Made by a program: the position numbers and the translations under genes | The notes under the pieces: generated by a model | Told to the model about the DNA's origin: nothing | The model's database searches: none | What the model saw: only the letters and a program-made list of their open reading frames with translations | Source of the DNA: a virus | IMG/VR virus record: IMGVR_UViG_3300027816_000056 | DNA: 64,000 nt | Strand: one strand, 5' to 3' | Shown here: positions 26,476 to 35,691 of the stretch, in pieces | Layout of the letters: every line of letters begins with the position of its first letter | How positions within the stretch are numbered: the first letter of the stretch is position 1

Positions 26476-28972
26476 ATGAAAAGAATCGATTTGCATTATT
26501 ATTCTCCGGTAATGCGCCCCATCCCATTGCAGAATAAAAATCATCAAACTTATTGCTTAACTCACTTGAAAACATTTTGTTATGATCAATATACTGTTCT
26601 GCAAAGGCTACAATCTCTGGTGGGTCTTGATAACCTCGTAATGCTATAGTTTCAAAGCCATATGGATTGTTAAGCAAGTAACCCCATTTAATTTTTTCTC
26701 CATCTGATATAGGTAACACATCTGTATTTAATTGTGTTAACATATCATTGAAATTGATTGCAGCTTTAACGTGTGCAGTGGATCCTTTGATATATCCAGA
26801 AAATGGTTTTCGGCCTTTGATATATTTTGACAATTCTTTAACACTTGAATTCTTCATAATATTCAATACTTCTGATTTTTTAATATTACTTTTGAAATCA
26901 TGTATCAATGTAGAAGTTGTTTGCTTGTCTTTGCCTTTAAGAATAAACCACAATGTTTCTTTCATGATCTTTTTAAAGTCAGCCGGAAAACTTGATCTTA
27001 CAACATCTAATCCTTTTATATCCAATTTATCTGTAGGTTTTCCTTCTTTGAAAATAACCCATTGTGCATATCGTTTCTTTGCAATCCATAAACCAGATTT
27101 TGCAATGTATTCCTGCTTAATTTGGAATCTATGTTTTTCGGTATTATGAAATACTTTTGCATATTGATTATACATTGTATTAACAGTGCCTTGAATCTCA
27201 GATGCAATTGCATTTGTTTGTTCAATCATGAATTGTTCATCTTCAACATCGCATCCTGGAAATCTATGTTTGATTAAAGGTTCGCTGCTACAAAAGGTTG
27301 AATCTGTATCCGTGTAAAATGCAAACTCTGCTTTATCTCCAGATGCATTAACAAAATGATCCGTGCCTAATTCTCGTTGATATTGATTATTAATAACACG
27401 ACCAGAAAATTTAATTATGCTTTGCCCTACTGCTGTAATAGCACCTGCATTATCTAGATCATGAAAACGAAATGTTTTTAATCCTAATACTCCATAAAAT
27501 GAATTGAGCAATACTTTTTGCGTTAACTGCAATGCATCATAGAATTTATACTCCTCAGTACCTACTGCAAATGTATCTCGTTTGTCTTTGAATATTACAC
27601 GTTCATCAAACCATTTTTCAAGAATCGTTGGAAGAAATCCGCGTTGATCATTTCTATAGACTGTACCGTTACTTGCAATACTGTAATTATTTTCAACTAA
27701 CCAAGATCTAATATCTGGAATTGTTTTTCCATTCATCGTGACCTGAGTTGCTTCGTCTCGCATCATACATTCCTGATTCCAATTTGATACAACTCCAATT
27801 TTTGTTTCTGGAGATATATTCAATGTCATGATGATACTAGGATACAATGATGTTAAGTCCAAGTCATAGATCCATTTATATAATCCAGGTACCGGTGCTT
27901 TTACATATGCTCCTGCTAATGCATCAGCTATTGTTTCTTCTTCAATGAATCGGAACTGTTTGTTAGGCGCAACTAATCCGTTTCGCTTTAAATCTACAAT
28001 TGCAGCACCATCTAGATATTTAGATGCATAATATACATCTTCATATGGAACGTGACCTTTGTGACAAATTGAACGTGCTAAATTCAACATTTGCAACTTG
28101 TCGTCTAATTCATAAACCAGATCAACGTCAGTCATATTGTAATAAGCAAACTTGTGAATATCTTGTGTAAATAGTGTATCTAAATCACCTTCGTATTCAA
28201 CTTTGCCTCGACCTAATTCAAATTGTGCTACTGTATCTAATCGATAATTAGGAAGTTCTGTATATGTAAAGTTTTTATATAATTTTAAATAATCTAAACT
28301 AGATACACCTAAAATTTTCCACTTACCGGATTTGCTTTGTTCAACTACTCCTGCGGGAGATAATTTTTTAATGGATTGTGCACCTAATACTTTTTTGCAA
28401 CGACCTATCAAATACGGAATATCATATCCATCAGTATTCCAGCCTGTAATTACTGTAGGTTGTATTTCTGCGAATATATTAATAAATCTAGTTAATAAGT
28501 CTCTTTCATCTCGAAATATCTCTAAAGTATAGCCGTCACCTTGTATTTCACGGTCTTTTATGCGGCCTAATTCATCTAAAATTAATACTCGACGATCTTT
28601 GCCGACTTTATCATAGTATGCAATTGAAGTAATTGATGTACGTACATCATCAATTGTACTATAACCATTTTCATCTTTTGCTGTTTCAATGTCAAAAAAG
28701 AAATCTCTATGTCCTTTTGAAGGCTCATCTGATTCATAATACAAATCAATTAGAGTTCTAACTTCTTCATTTAAATCAGATTCATATGATTTAGGATTAT
28801 CTCTGTGATTACCAGCAACACGATCTAATCTAGTGCCGTCTAATGATTGATATTGTCCTTGTGTATTTGGTAAATATCCATATGGTTGAAATGGAAACTT
28901 TTGATGTCCTAATTCATCATCCCAAACGTGCATAATGCCGTTTTTCTTGTCGTAACCTATTGCTTGATACAT
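26465..28972 (-). CDS. polB: Family B DNA polymerase (T4 gp43-like)
   Basis: FFDIET (ExoI), GWNTDGYDIPY, DLTSLYPSII, KVLLNSFYG, YTDTDS, KKRY, KGLDVVRS. Confidence 0.97.
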   Translation of the reverse strand: MYQAIGYDKKNGIMHVWDDELGHQKFPFQPYGYLPNTQGQYQSLDGTRLDRVAGNHRDNPKSYESDLNEEVRTLIDLYYESDEPSKGHRDFFFDIETAKDENGYSTIDDVRTSITSIAYYDKVGKDRRVLILDELGRIKDREIQGDGYTLEIFRDERDLLTRFINIFAEIQPTVITGWNTDGYDIPYLIGRCKKVLGAQSIKKLSPAGVVEQSKSGKWKILGVSSLDYLKLYKNFTYTELPNYRLDTVAQFELGRGKVEYEGDLDTLFTQDIHKFAYYNMTDVDLVYELDDKLQMLNLARSICHKGHVPYEDVYYASKYLDGAAIVDLKRNGLVAPNKQFRFIEEETIADALAGAYVKAPVPGLYKWIYDLDLTSLYPSIIMTLNISPETKIGVVSNWNQECMMRDEATQVTMNGKTIPDIRSWLVENNYSIASNGTVYRNDQRGFLPTILEKWFDERVIFKDKRDTFAVGTEEYKFYDALQLTQKVLLNSFYGVLGLKTFRFHDLDNAGAITAVGQSIIKFSGRVINNQYQRELGTDHFVNASGDKAEFAFYTDTDSTFCSSEPLIKHRFPGCDVEDEQFMIEQTNAIASEIQGTVNTMYNQYAKVFHNTEKHRFQIKQEYIAKSGLWIAKKRYAQWVIFKEGKPTDKLDIKGLDVVRSSFPADFKKIMKETLWFILKGKDKQTTSTLIHDFKSNIKKSEVLNIMKNSSVKELSKYIKGRKPFSGYIKGSTAHVKAAINFNDMLTQLNTDVLPISDGEKIKWGYLLNNPYGFETIALRGYQDPPEIVAFAEQYIDHNKMFSSELSNKFDDFYSAMGWGALPENNNANRFFSFGK

Positions 28973-29193
28973 TTTTTATTTTTATAGTATCTGATGATAC
29001 CGTATGTGTTTATTGCTATTATAACTAATCCCAGGACCATATGACTAATATTATTTATGTAAATATCATATACAATCCAACCAATATCTCCTACTATCCA
29101 CCAAATCAAAGCAGGAAGAAAATGTCCGCGGGCATTGACAATGAAACCAATCAATACCAATGCCGTGCAGACCCATCCTAATGCTTCAATCAT
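28957..29193 (-). CDS. Small three-TM membrane protein (PnuC-half-like)
   Basis: Three hydrophobic helices, W.VGD..W, N.YGI. Confidence 0.55.
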   Translation of the reverse strand: MIEALGWVCTALVLIGFIVNARGHFLPALIWWIVGDIGWIVYDIYINNISHMVLGLVIIAINTYGIIRYYKNKKCIKQ

Positions 29194-29489
29194 GGTTTTG
29201 TGTTTACCATAGCAATCTCATGTTCGCGAACCAATATAAATTCAGCATCTCCCAATTGTACTTTCTTCTGGGATCCTAAATTTCCAGAATATATTTTAAC
29301 TCGATCTCCGGCTTTTACTGTCATTGGTATTTTGTTACCGGTTTGTGTAAACAATCCATCGCCTACCTCCATCACATCACATTCAACATATTCATCCATA
29401 CCTGCCATCATGATGATACCACTCTTTGTTTTTTCTTGTTTTTCTAATTCTTTAAGGAGTACTTGATCTCCAATTGGTTTCCAATTCAT
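29190..29489 (-). CDS. groES: Co-chaperonin GroES
   Basis: KPIGDQVL, KTKSGII, VGDG, VKAGDRV, VREHEI. Confidence 0.9.
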   Translation of the reverse strand: MNWKPIGDQVLLKELEKQEKTKSGIIMMAGMDEYVECDVMEVGDGLFTQTGNKIPMTVKAGDRVKIYSGNLGSQKKVQLGDAEFILVREHEIAMVNTKP

Positions 29490-29500
29490 AACTTTTCCTT

Positions 29501-29749
29501 TTATTTATTATACAAATTTATAACTGTTTCTCGCGTTATATTAGATCCTACTAATCGACCTATTTCTATTCCATTTTTAATTAACAATACGGTTGGTACA
29601 TTACGCACATTCCATGTTTTGCAAGTTTCTGCACTAGAATCTGCATCAATAAATGTAATTGACATTTGAGATTGTAATGATTGCATTACAGGTTTAATCA
29701 TTTTGCAAGGACCGCACCATTCGGCAGTAAAATAAAGTAGTTGTTTCAT
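29501..29749 (-). CDS. trxA: Thioredoxin
   Basis: FTAEWCGPCK, VPT. Confidence 0.93.
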   Translation of the reverse strand: MKQLLYFTAEWCGPCKMIKPVMQSLQSQMSITFIDADSSAETCKTWNVRNVPTVLLIKNGIEIGRLVGSNITRETVINLYNK

Positions 29750-29805
29750 CTTGTTATAACGTAATTAATTTGGTAATTTCCAAATGTTGTTGTTACTGTA
29801 TACAT
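29746..29805 (-). CDS. Putative 19-aa micropeptide MYTVTTTFGNYQINYVITR
   Basis: Fills the gap exactly: starts 1 nt after the upstream stop, and its TGA overlaps the thioredoxin ATG (ATGA). Confidence 0.45.
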   Translation of the reverse strand: MYTVTTTFGNYQINYVITR

Positions 29806-29806
29806 A

Positions 29807-29989
29807 TTATTTTAATTTGCTGATTAATCTGGGAGGGAACCAATCACAAGTATATTCATCCTTAGATACTCTGATTCTTTTCTCCCATAAGTCAATTCCT
29901 TGTACAATACCTTTAATCGAGTGTGATTCATCTATTTTAACTTTAACTACTTCACCCAATCTTAGGTTTTTTATATCATCAACGCTCAT
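29807..29989 (-). CDS. Hypothetical protein (small beta-barrel-like)
   Basis: 60-aa ORF in operon packing. Confidence 0.6.
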   Translation of the reverse strand: MSVDDIKNLRLGEVVKVKIDESHSIKGIVQGIDLWEKRIRVSKDEYTCDWFPPRLISKLK

Positions 29990-29991
29990 AT

Positions 29992-30303
29992 TTATTTCAA
30001 TTTATTAATATCATTATAATGGATCCCACAATTTCTACAAACTAAGTAATTATCTGTAATCCAACTTGAATGTCCAGGTCCATAAATACCATTACTTTGT
30101 CTTTTAATATGGTGTATCTTATCAGTAGATTTACAAACAGGACATTCAATCTTACTGATTCGTTCTTCTTCTTGTTCTCTTTCTTTTTGTTTTCTTTCCT
30201 GTTCTGCTAATTCTCGTTTTTTCTGATTGGCATACCAATTAGATAAGTCAACTGGGGTGCCTTCAGTTCTTTCAAGTTTAACTCTTTTAGTTTCGTTTTC
30301 CAT
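29992..30303 (-). CDS. Coiled-coil plus zinc-ribbon hypothetical protein
   Basis: CPVC..CRNC; start moved to MENETK behind a GAGGTG RBS. Confidence 0.7.
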   Translation of the reverse strand: MENETKRVKLERTEGTPVDLSNWYANQKKRELAEQERKQKEREQEEERISKIECPVCKSTDKIHHIKRQSNGIYGPGHSSWITDNYLVCRNCGIHYNDINKLK

Positions 30304-30304
30304 A

Positions 30305-30448
30305 TCACACACCTCTTTTAGTAAGCATTTTTCTGATTCCATAACCAATTATCTTTTCTTCAAAGGAAATAGAACAAATTTCTACTTTAAATATTTTTCT
30401 TAATATAGGATTAAGGGTTCTTTTAAACCAAGTTGAATGTGATTTCAT
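30305..30448 (-). CDS. Small basic hypothetical protein (47 aa)
   Basis: Translated by hand: MKSHSTWFKRTLNPILRKIFKVEICSISFEEKIIGYGIRKMLTKRGV; 1-nt gaps to both neighbours. Confidence 0.55.
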   Translation of the reverse strand: MKSHSTWFKRTLNPILRKIFKVEICSISFEEKIIGYGIRKMLTKRGV

Positions 30449-30449
30449 A

Positions 30450-31139
30450 TTATTTATTATATTTTCTACTATTATTTATTCGTTTTGTCCAAGCTAAATT
30501 TGATGGATCGCAACATTCTCTAACTGTCATTCCTTCTTCAAAACATTTACTACGTGGTTTGATATGATCTAAACTAGGATAATTTTTATCACTAAAATGT
30601 AATGTTAAATTATCTTTTATATATTCGCCATCAATGTAATCATACCCATCCCATGTTTCTAACATCACTTTACGCATTTTTCTAGTATGATAATTGCAAA
30701 CCTTCCAATACTTTTTCCATTCAATGTTTCGTTCATCTACCCACCGTTGAATTAAACCTTTTTCTTTTTTTGTTTGTATCCCTTTTGCAATTGATTCTGG
30801 TGTATTTGAATATATATGCATATTAATCGCTTTTTTATCTAAACCAAATTCTGCAGGATGCAATTTCATATACTGTGAATAACATATATGACTACAAAAT
30901 TTTGACGTATTTGAATTATATACAGTTATCATATTGTTACAAAATTTACATTCCAAAGTTTTATATGATGTTTGTTTAAAATACATTTTTCTGCATTTCG
31001 CACTACACCAATTATTTTTAGCTGTTAATGTTTTTTTATTTCCGGAAATTGTTTCGTAATATGAATTACATACATCACATGTTCTGCCATGTATAAATTT
31101 ATATTTAGTTCCTATTTTTTCTGTACGTACATATGTCAT
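30450..31139 (-). mobile_element. Free-standing HNH homing endonuclease with N-terminal Zn-finger repeats
   Basis: CxxC..CSxxC twice; SLDHIKP..NL....N..K HNH core; own promoter motif. Confidence 0.75.
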
Positions 31140-31152
31140 AACAATCCTTTAT

Positions 31153-31161
31153 TATAAATAT
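31153..31161 (-). promoter_or_regulatory. ATATTTATA late-type promoter motif (HNH gene)
   Basis: Exact motif plus ATAAAGGA RBS. Confidence 0.6.
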
Positions 31162-31197
31162 GCAGTATTATATTTCTTTTTCAGTGTCTAATGCAGT

Positions 31198-31986
31198 TTA
31201 CACCCCGCGCTGCGTATTGAAAGCTATTATGTGATCTCTTCCTGTCATGTTATATCCTCGTTCGGCACACATTTCAAATACTATCGGATACATTTTGATT
31301 AATTCTTCTCGAGTATCGCCGGCGGGCATAATATACGTCTTTTCTTTAGGAATTTCTAAAAATTCGCGTGCTTCTTCAATTTCTTTAAGATTCTCTTCAG
31401 TGCCATCCCATACTGGTTTAAAATGATAATCAGAATGAGTGGTTATCATTGCATTCATTGCTGAATAATTCAGCCTAAACTTGTTATGTTGCGCAACCAT
31501 CTTTTCATCCGTAATCGTGCCTTGCGGCGTAGCAACACCCACCCTGGGAACGCTATTGCTAAACTTAGGGCTAAGAGAGATAAGCCCAATAGGATAATCA
31601 GTCTCAATAAAATGCGAGCCTTCAGTTTCAATAGTAATGAGAATATCTCTTTCATGTGCAAAATGTGTTAGTTCGTTAACTAATGCAGGATGCATTGTGG
31701 GAGATCCACCCGTTAACATCATTTCTTTGATATGTGGATTTTTATCATAAATATCAATGATATCATTAAATGTAAATGTGCCTTTTTCTGGGTGAATGCT
31801 AGTGTACCAAGAGTCACACCAACCTCCTTCGCCAAACCAACAACGATGAGTGCAGCCTGTAGTTCTAACTGCAATTGTAGGTCTGCCAAATCGAGATCCT
31901 TCTGATTGTACACAACGATATAATTCTACTATTGGAAGTATTTTCGTGTAATCTGTAATTCTTTTAGAATGGGAGGTCATCGTCAT
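31198..31986 (-). CDS. queE: 7-carboxy-7-deazaguanine synthase (radical SAM)
   Basis: ELY..VQSEG..G.P...VRTTGC, atypically spaced Cys motif CTHRC..WCDS, LTGG.P, TIETEG, SLSPK. Confidence 0.92.
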   Translation of the reverse strand: MTMTSHSKRITDYTKILPIVELYRCVQSEGSRFGRPTIAVRTTGCTHRCWFGEGGWCDSWYTSIHPEKGTFTFNDIIDIYDKNPHIKEMMLTGGSPTMHPALVNELTHFAHERDILITIETEGSHFIETDYPIGLISLSPKFSNSVPRVGVATPQGTITDEKMVAQHNKFRLNYSAMNAMITTHSDYHFKPVWDGTEENLKEIEEAREFLEIPKEKTYIMPAGDTREELIKMYPIVFEMCAERGYNMTGRDHIIAFNTQRGV

Positions 31987-32329
31987 CTTCTATTTTATTT
32001 GTTGATATATTCAAGTTGTTAATTACGTTTTGAAATAAAGACTCAAGCAATTGCAATCGTTCCTGCAATTTAATTAATTCAGAACGCCTTACAATTGGAG
32101 TTAAATCCATTTCCGACATATTAGCAAAATAATCATCTAAAAATGATATAGGATACAATTGCACTTGAGTATATTCCGGTTTCTGAGCTTCTTTCGGTAA
32201 CATTCTCCATTTAATCTCAACGCCTCGTTTAATAGCTTCTGCTGTTACTTCTCGACCAATATTGGTACCTCCAGATCCTTTACCTAAATATTCAAAAAGC
32301 GATAGATATGTCTCATTATTATTCTTCAT
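31964..32329 (-). CDS. Hypothetical protein with C-terminal coiled coil and acidic DDDDLPF tail
   Basis: Between queD and queE; likely start MKNNNET. Confidence 0.65.
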   Translation of the reverse strand: MKNNNETYLSLFEYLGKGSGGTNIGREVTAEAIKRGVEIKWRMLPKEAQKPEYTQVQLYPISFLDDYFANMSEMDLTPIVRRSELIKLQERLQLLESLFQNVINNLNISTNKIEDDDDLPF

Positions 32330-32795
32330 ATATACTTGAATTATTATCGTTTTCAAAACATTCTACTTTGATACATCGACATCTGCCAGCATCTGTATTT
32401 GCTAAAACTTCATTGAATTTATCATATACTAGTTTAGCACACGATTCAGCACCCATCTTTTCTAGAAAATGTACTTTTGCTAATCCAGATACTTGAAGCA
32501 TTTCAAACATATCTCTATAAGGATCATCTGCTTGAATAAGTGTAGTATGATCCCACATATGATCCATCCAATCTTTAAGACCATTGCCTTTTGGTGGTGT
32601 CTTGAAACCTCCATAATCAACAATCCAATTCATATCATCAAGTTGATTCTCAATATCTGGTTCGTTAGATGCAAACCATACTTTAAATTTAAGTGCATAT
32701 CCATGTAGCAGTTGACAATGAGAATGTTGAGCTTTCCATTGACGTATTGCTACTGAATAGTTTTCAAATAGTTTTGTTGAAATGTAACGTGCCAT
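32319..32795 (-). CDS. queD: 6-carboxy-5,6,7,8-tetrahydropterin synthase
   Basis: HCQLLHGY, WIVDYG, WDHT, GAE, VECFE. Confidence 0.9.
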   Translation of the reverse strand: MARYISTKLFENYSVAIRQWKAQHSHCQLLHGYALKFKVWFASNEPDIENQLDDMNWIVDYGGFKTPPKGNGLKDWMDHMWDHTTLIQADDPYRDMFEMLQVSGLAKVHFLEKMGAESCAKLVYDKFNEVLANTDAGRCRCIKVECFENDNNSSIYEE

Positions 32796-33496
32796 TAATT
32801 ATAACCTTTTACAAATTGATAAAATTCTGATCTTGCATTACCATCTTCTAAGAATGCTCCGGATAGCTTTGCTGTCTTCATTGAAGCTCCGCCATGCTTA
32901 ACACCTCTGCATTGCACACAATTATGCGTTGCTTCAATCATGATTGCAACACCTTTATTGTTTTCAATTAATTCATCTATTGCGTGATGTATTGCTACTG
33001 TCAATTGTTCTTGAATTGCACCTCGTCTGCCAAAGTGTTCTACTACACGATTCAATTTACTCAAACCAATAACATTGCTATTCTCACCTGGAATATATGC
33101 AACATGTACATTACCCATAATTGTCTGATGATGATGACTACACATTGAAGTTAATGGAATACCTCCTTCAAATACAATACCATCATATCCGTCACTAGGA
33201 AATGCTGTAATGTCTGACATTGGATTATATCGGCCGGCCCATAAATCATTTACATATGCCTTTGCTACTCTACGTGGAGTATCAGCTGAATTTGGATCCG
33301 TTTCCCATGTTACTCCTAATGCTGTTAAAAATTGTCCGTAATGATATGCAGCTTTATCAATAATTTCTTGTTTTTCTTCTGCAGTTAGTCTAGCATCAGG
33401 ACCTTCTAATGTTTGCTTAACTGCTAATTGCATAGAAACACCGTTAGCAAAACCAGGATGCACTAACTCTAAATTTGTTCTTTGTTTTGTTGTCAT
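32795..33496 (-). CDS. folE: GTP cyclohydrolase I
   Basis: DTPRRVAK, SMCSHH, IGLSKLNR, IQEQLT, HNCVQCRGV. Confidence 0.96.
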   Translation of the reverse strand: MTTKQRTNLELVHPGFANGVSMQLAVKQTLEGPDARLTAEEKQEIIDKAAYHYGQFLTALGVTWETDPNSADTPRRVAKAYVNDLWAGRYNPMSDITAFPSDGYDGIVFEGGIPLTSMCSHHHQTIMGNVHVAYIPGENSNVIGLSKLNRVVEHFGRRGAIQEQLTVAIHHAIDELIENNKGVAIMIEATHNCVQCRGVKHGGASMKTAKLSGAFLEDGNARSEFYQFVKGYN

Positions 33497-33512
33497 AACT
33501 TAATTCTTAATT

Positions 33513-33542
33513 ATAATATAGAATAATTTATTGGGCTTTCAA
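33513..33542 (-). promoter_or_regulatory. Sigma70-like promoter for folE-queD-queE (TTGAAA-N16/18-TATATT/TATTAT)
   Basis: Same architecture as the other TTG-type promoters; spacer off by 1. Confidence 0.45.
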
Positions 33543-33743
33543 AGTTTTTTCGCCTTTTTTATGCGCTGGATCAAAAGGACAGTGTCTACAACCATTGCCA
33601 CAACATGAGCCTCTTCTTTTATGATATGATTCAGTCATTACTCGATATCCATTTTCATAATAAAAGTCTGTAGGAAGGAGCTTGTTTCCAAACTCCCTCA
33701 CATACAGCTGATATATCCAATCATATTGAGTAGGTACCATCAT
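33528..33743 (-). CDS. Small Cys-rich protein (DUF5522-like)
   Basis: YYENG..VMT..YH..RG.CCGNGCRHCPF. Confidence 0.75.
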   Translation of the reverse strand: MMVPTQYDWIYQLYVREFGNKLLPTDFYYENGYRVMTESYHKRRGSCCGNGCRHCPFDPAHKKGEKTLKAQ

Positions 33744-35599
33744 TATTTTATCTCACACGCTCCGCCGGCACAAGCTAATTCACCTGACAGATCTGTATTG
33801 TCATCTAATTCAATTACTTGACTCAAATCAATGTTGTGCAGAGATTTCATCATTGTTTCATATGTTTCTTTGCTGCAATCTTCAAATGGTGCTTGAGTAT
33901 AGGTACCACCGTCATATGGTAATACAGATAAGCCGTTATAATGATCTCTATTGTTCCACATCCATTCTCCTGCCAATTCCCACTCATCTGCTTTAAGTGA
34001 AACTGTTGCAGATACATTGTGAGTATTATTTCCGCTTCTATGACCTGGTTTAACCCATTCTAAGTGCACCTTTTTGATACGATCCAATAATTGAAAAGGT
34101 GATTCCGTTCTCATGATAGCTCCATCTGGCGCCTTTTGCGGAATAGAAATTACTGCAGTATCATGTGGACGAAAATATTCATCTTCAATTAGTTCTGGGT
34201 GATTAATTGCCAAATAAGAATAAATTGCTTCATTTTTTCCAACACGGATTCTACGGATATAATAATCATTGTGCCATGCATGAATACCCGATGAAGTTCC
34301 TAATGCCAATGATGTAGTACCTGCAGGTTTTACTGTGGTTGTACGAGCTGAGCGATTAATTCCGATCAATGCAGCTACTCGTTCATTTTCTTCTTTAACT
34401 GCCTTTGCTGCTGCTTTCATATCATAACCTAATACAACTCCAGAACCAATACCTGTCATTGATACCCCAATAAGAGCATCTTTTTCAGTTGTACGTTTCC
34501 AAATTGGACGAAGGTAATGAAAGTCAGTGTATCCTGCTTGAAGCGTTCCAATAAATGCTGCTGCTTTAACACGTGCTTCTAAATCTTCCTGTGATTCAAT
34601 ATCTGATGCATTTACTTCACACAAGTTACAGAATTGGAATGGACGAAGAGCAATTTCGCAACATGGATTAGTCCCCCAATCTTTATCATTTGTTAAATAA
34701 ATACCTGGTTCGCCTGCTCCTGACAATTCAACTCGTTTCCACAAATCCATAAAGAATTCTTTTGTCAATTTATGACGCATTAATGTTGCTGAATTGTTTG
34801 CACGTCCGCGTTGTGGATTATGTTCCCACCATGCACCAGACTTACATGCAATCATATCCTCATCATCGGCACTGAACAAACTAATAAGAGCTGCTCTGCG
34901 AATGCCACCTGCCAATACTGCATCTGCGATATGACATACCATATCATGCACTTCAATTGCTGATAATTTTTCTCCATCTTCTTTTGCATCTAAAATTCCT
35001 TGTAACTTGATTAAACATTCTTTCAATGGTTGTGGGCCTGGTGCTTTTCCTCCCGAAGTAACTAATCTTGCACCTTTAGCACGAATATCCGAAAAGTCAA
35101 ACGTAAAAGTAGATCCACCCTCAAAATAAGATTTAACTAGTGCCTTTACTGCATCTGCCCATCCTTCAATTGAATCTGCTATAAGATATCTGCGAGTACG
35201 TTTTGGATTTGGTTTGCGAATTTCTGGCAATTTTTCTACATGATGTGTTTGAACGGAATATCCAACACCTGTACCTCCTAGTAGCAAAAACATTGCTTCA
35301 CCAAACGCTCGAAAATCGTCAATTGGCAAATAAGCACAGTTATAAATTCGGTTAGGGGAGATTTCAATTGGTTTTCCGCCAAATTGCAAACTGCGCATTG
35401 AAGGTAATACTTTTTTATCATACACGAATTTGTATGCATCTTTAATTTCCGATTCTAATTTTGGATATTTTTTGATGTGCATATTCATGTTTCTTGTAAC
35501 TAATTCTTCCCATGTTTCTCGACGATTGAGTTCGGGAATGTATTTGGCGTATTTCATATACACCGTAATTTCACTCAAAATTTTGTTTGAAATCTCCAT
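33743..35599 (-). CDS. nrdJ: Class II (B12-dependent) ribonucleotide reductase
   Basis: YNC, TNPCCEI, CNLCEV, TTVKPAGTTS, C-terminal CAGGAC; no beta subunit adjacent. Confidence 0.9.
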   Translation of the reverse strand: MEISNKILSEITVYMKYAKYIPELNRRETWEELVTRNMNMHIKKYPKLESEIKDAYKFVYDKKVLPSMRSLQFGGKPIEISPNRIYNCAYLPIDDFRAFGEAMFLLLGGTGVGYSVQTHHVEKLPEIRKPNPKRTRRYLIADSIEGWADAVKALVKSYFEGGSTFTFDFSDIRAKGARLVTSGGKAPGPQPLKECLIKLQGILDAKEDGEKLSAIEVHDMVCHIADAVLAGGIRRAALISLFSADDEDMIACKSGAWWEHNPQRGRANNSATLMRHKLTKEFFMDLWKRVELSGAGEPGIYLTNDKDWGTNPCCEIALRPFQFCNLCEVNASDIESQEDLEARVKAAAFIGTLQAGYTDFHYLRPIWKRTTEKDALIGVSMTGIGSGVVLGYDMKAAAKAVKEENERVAALIGINRSARTTTVKPAGTTSLALGTSSGIHAWHNDYYIRRIRVGKNEAIYSYLAINHPELIEDEYFRPHDTAVISIPQKAPDGAIMRTESPFQLLDRIKKVHLEWVKPGHRSGNNTHNVSATVSLKADEWELAGEWMWNNRDHYNGLSVLPYDGGTYTQAPFEDCSKETYETMMKSLHNIDLSQVIELDDNTDLSGELACAGGACEIK

Positions 35600-35644
35600 T
35601 GTTTGTAATCTCCTTGTTAATAAAAATATAAATTGTTTTTAGAT

Positions 35645-35674
35645 AAAAAAAGGTCGGATATTTCTACCCGAACC
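35645..35674 (-). terminator. Intrinsic terminator/attenuator upstream of nrdJ
   Basis: GGTTCGGGTA-GAAA-TATCCGACC hairpin followed by T7 on the minus strand. Confidence 0.75.
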
Positions 35675-35682
35675 CAATCTAA

Positions 35683-35691
35683 TATAAATAT
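35683..35691 (-). promoter_or_regulatory. ATATTTATA motif between helicase and nrdJ
   Basis: Exact motif, upstream of the hairpin. Confidence 0.55.

Noticed and set aside
29190-29489. GroES without GroEL as a novel system
   Set aside because: Phage-encoded co-chaperonins working with host GroEL are well known (T4 gp31 analogy)
31198-31620. Locally higher GC in the 3' half of queE as a homing co-conversion tract
   Set aside because: A 5' stretch of the same gene (31801-31860) is similarly GC-rich by my count, so amino-acid content can explain it
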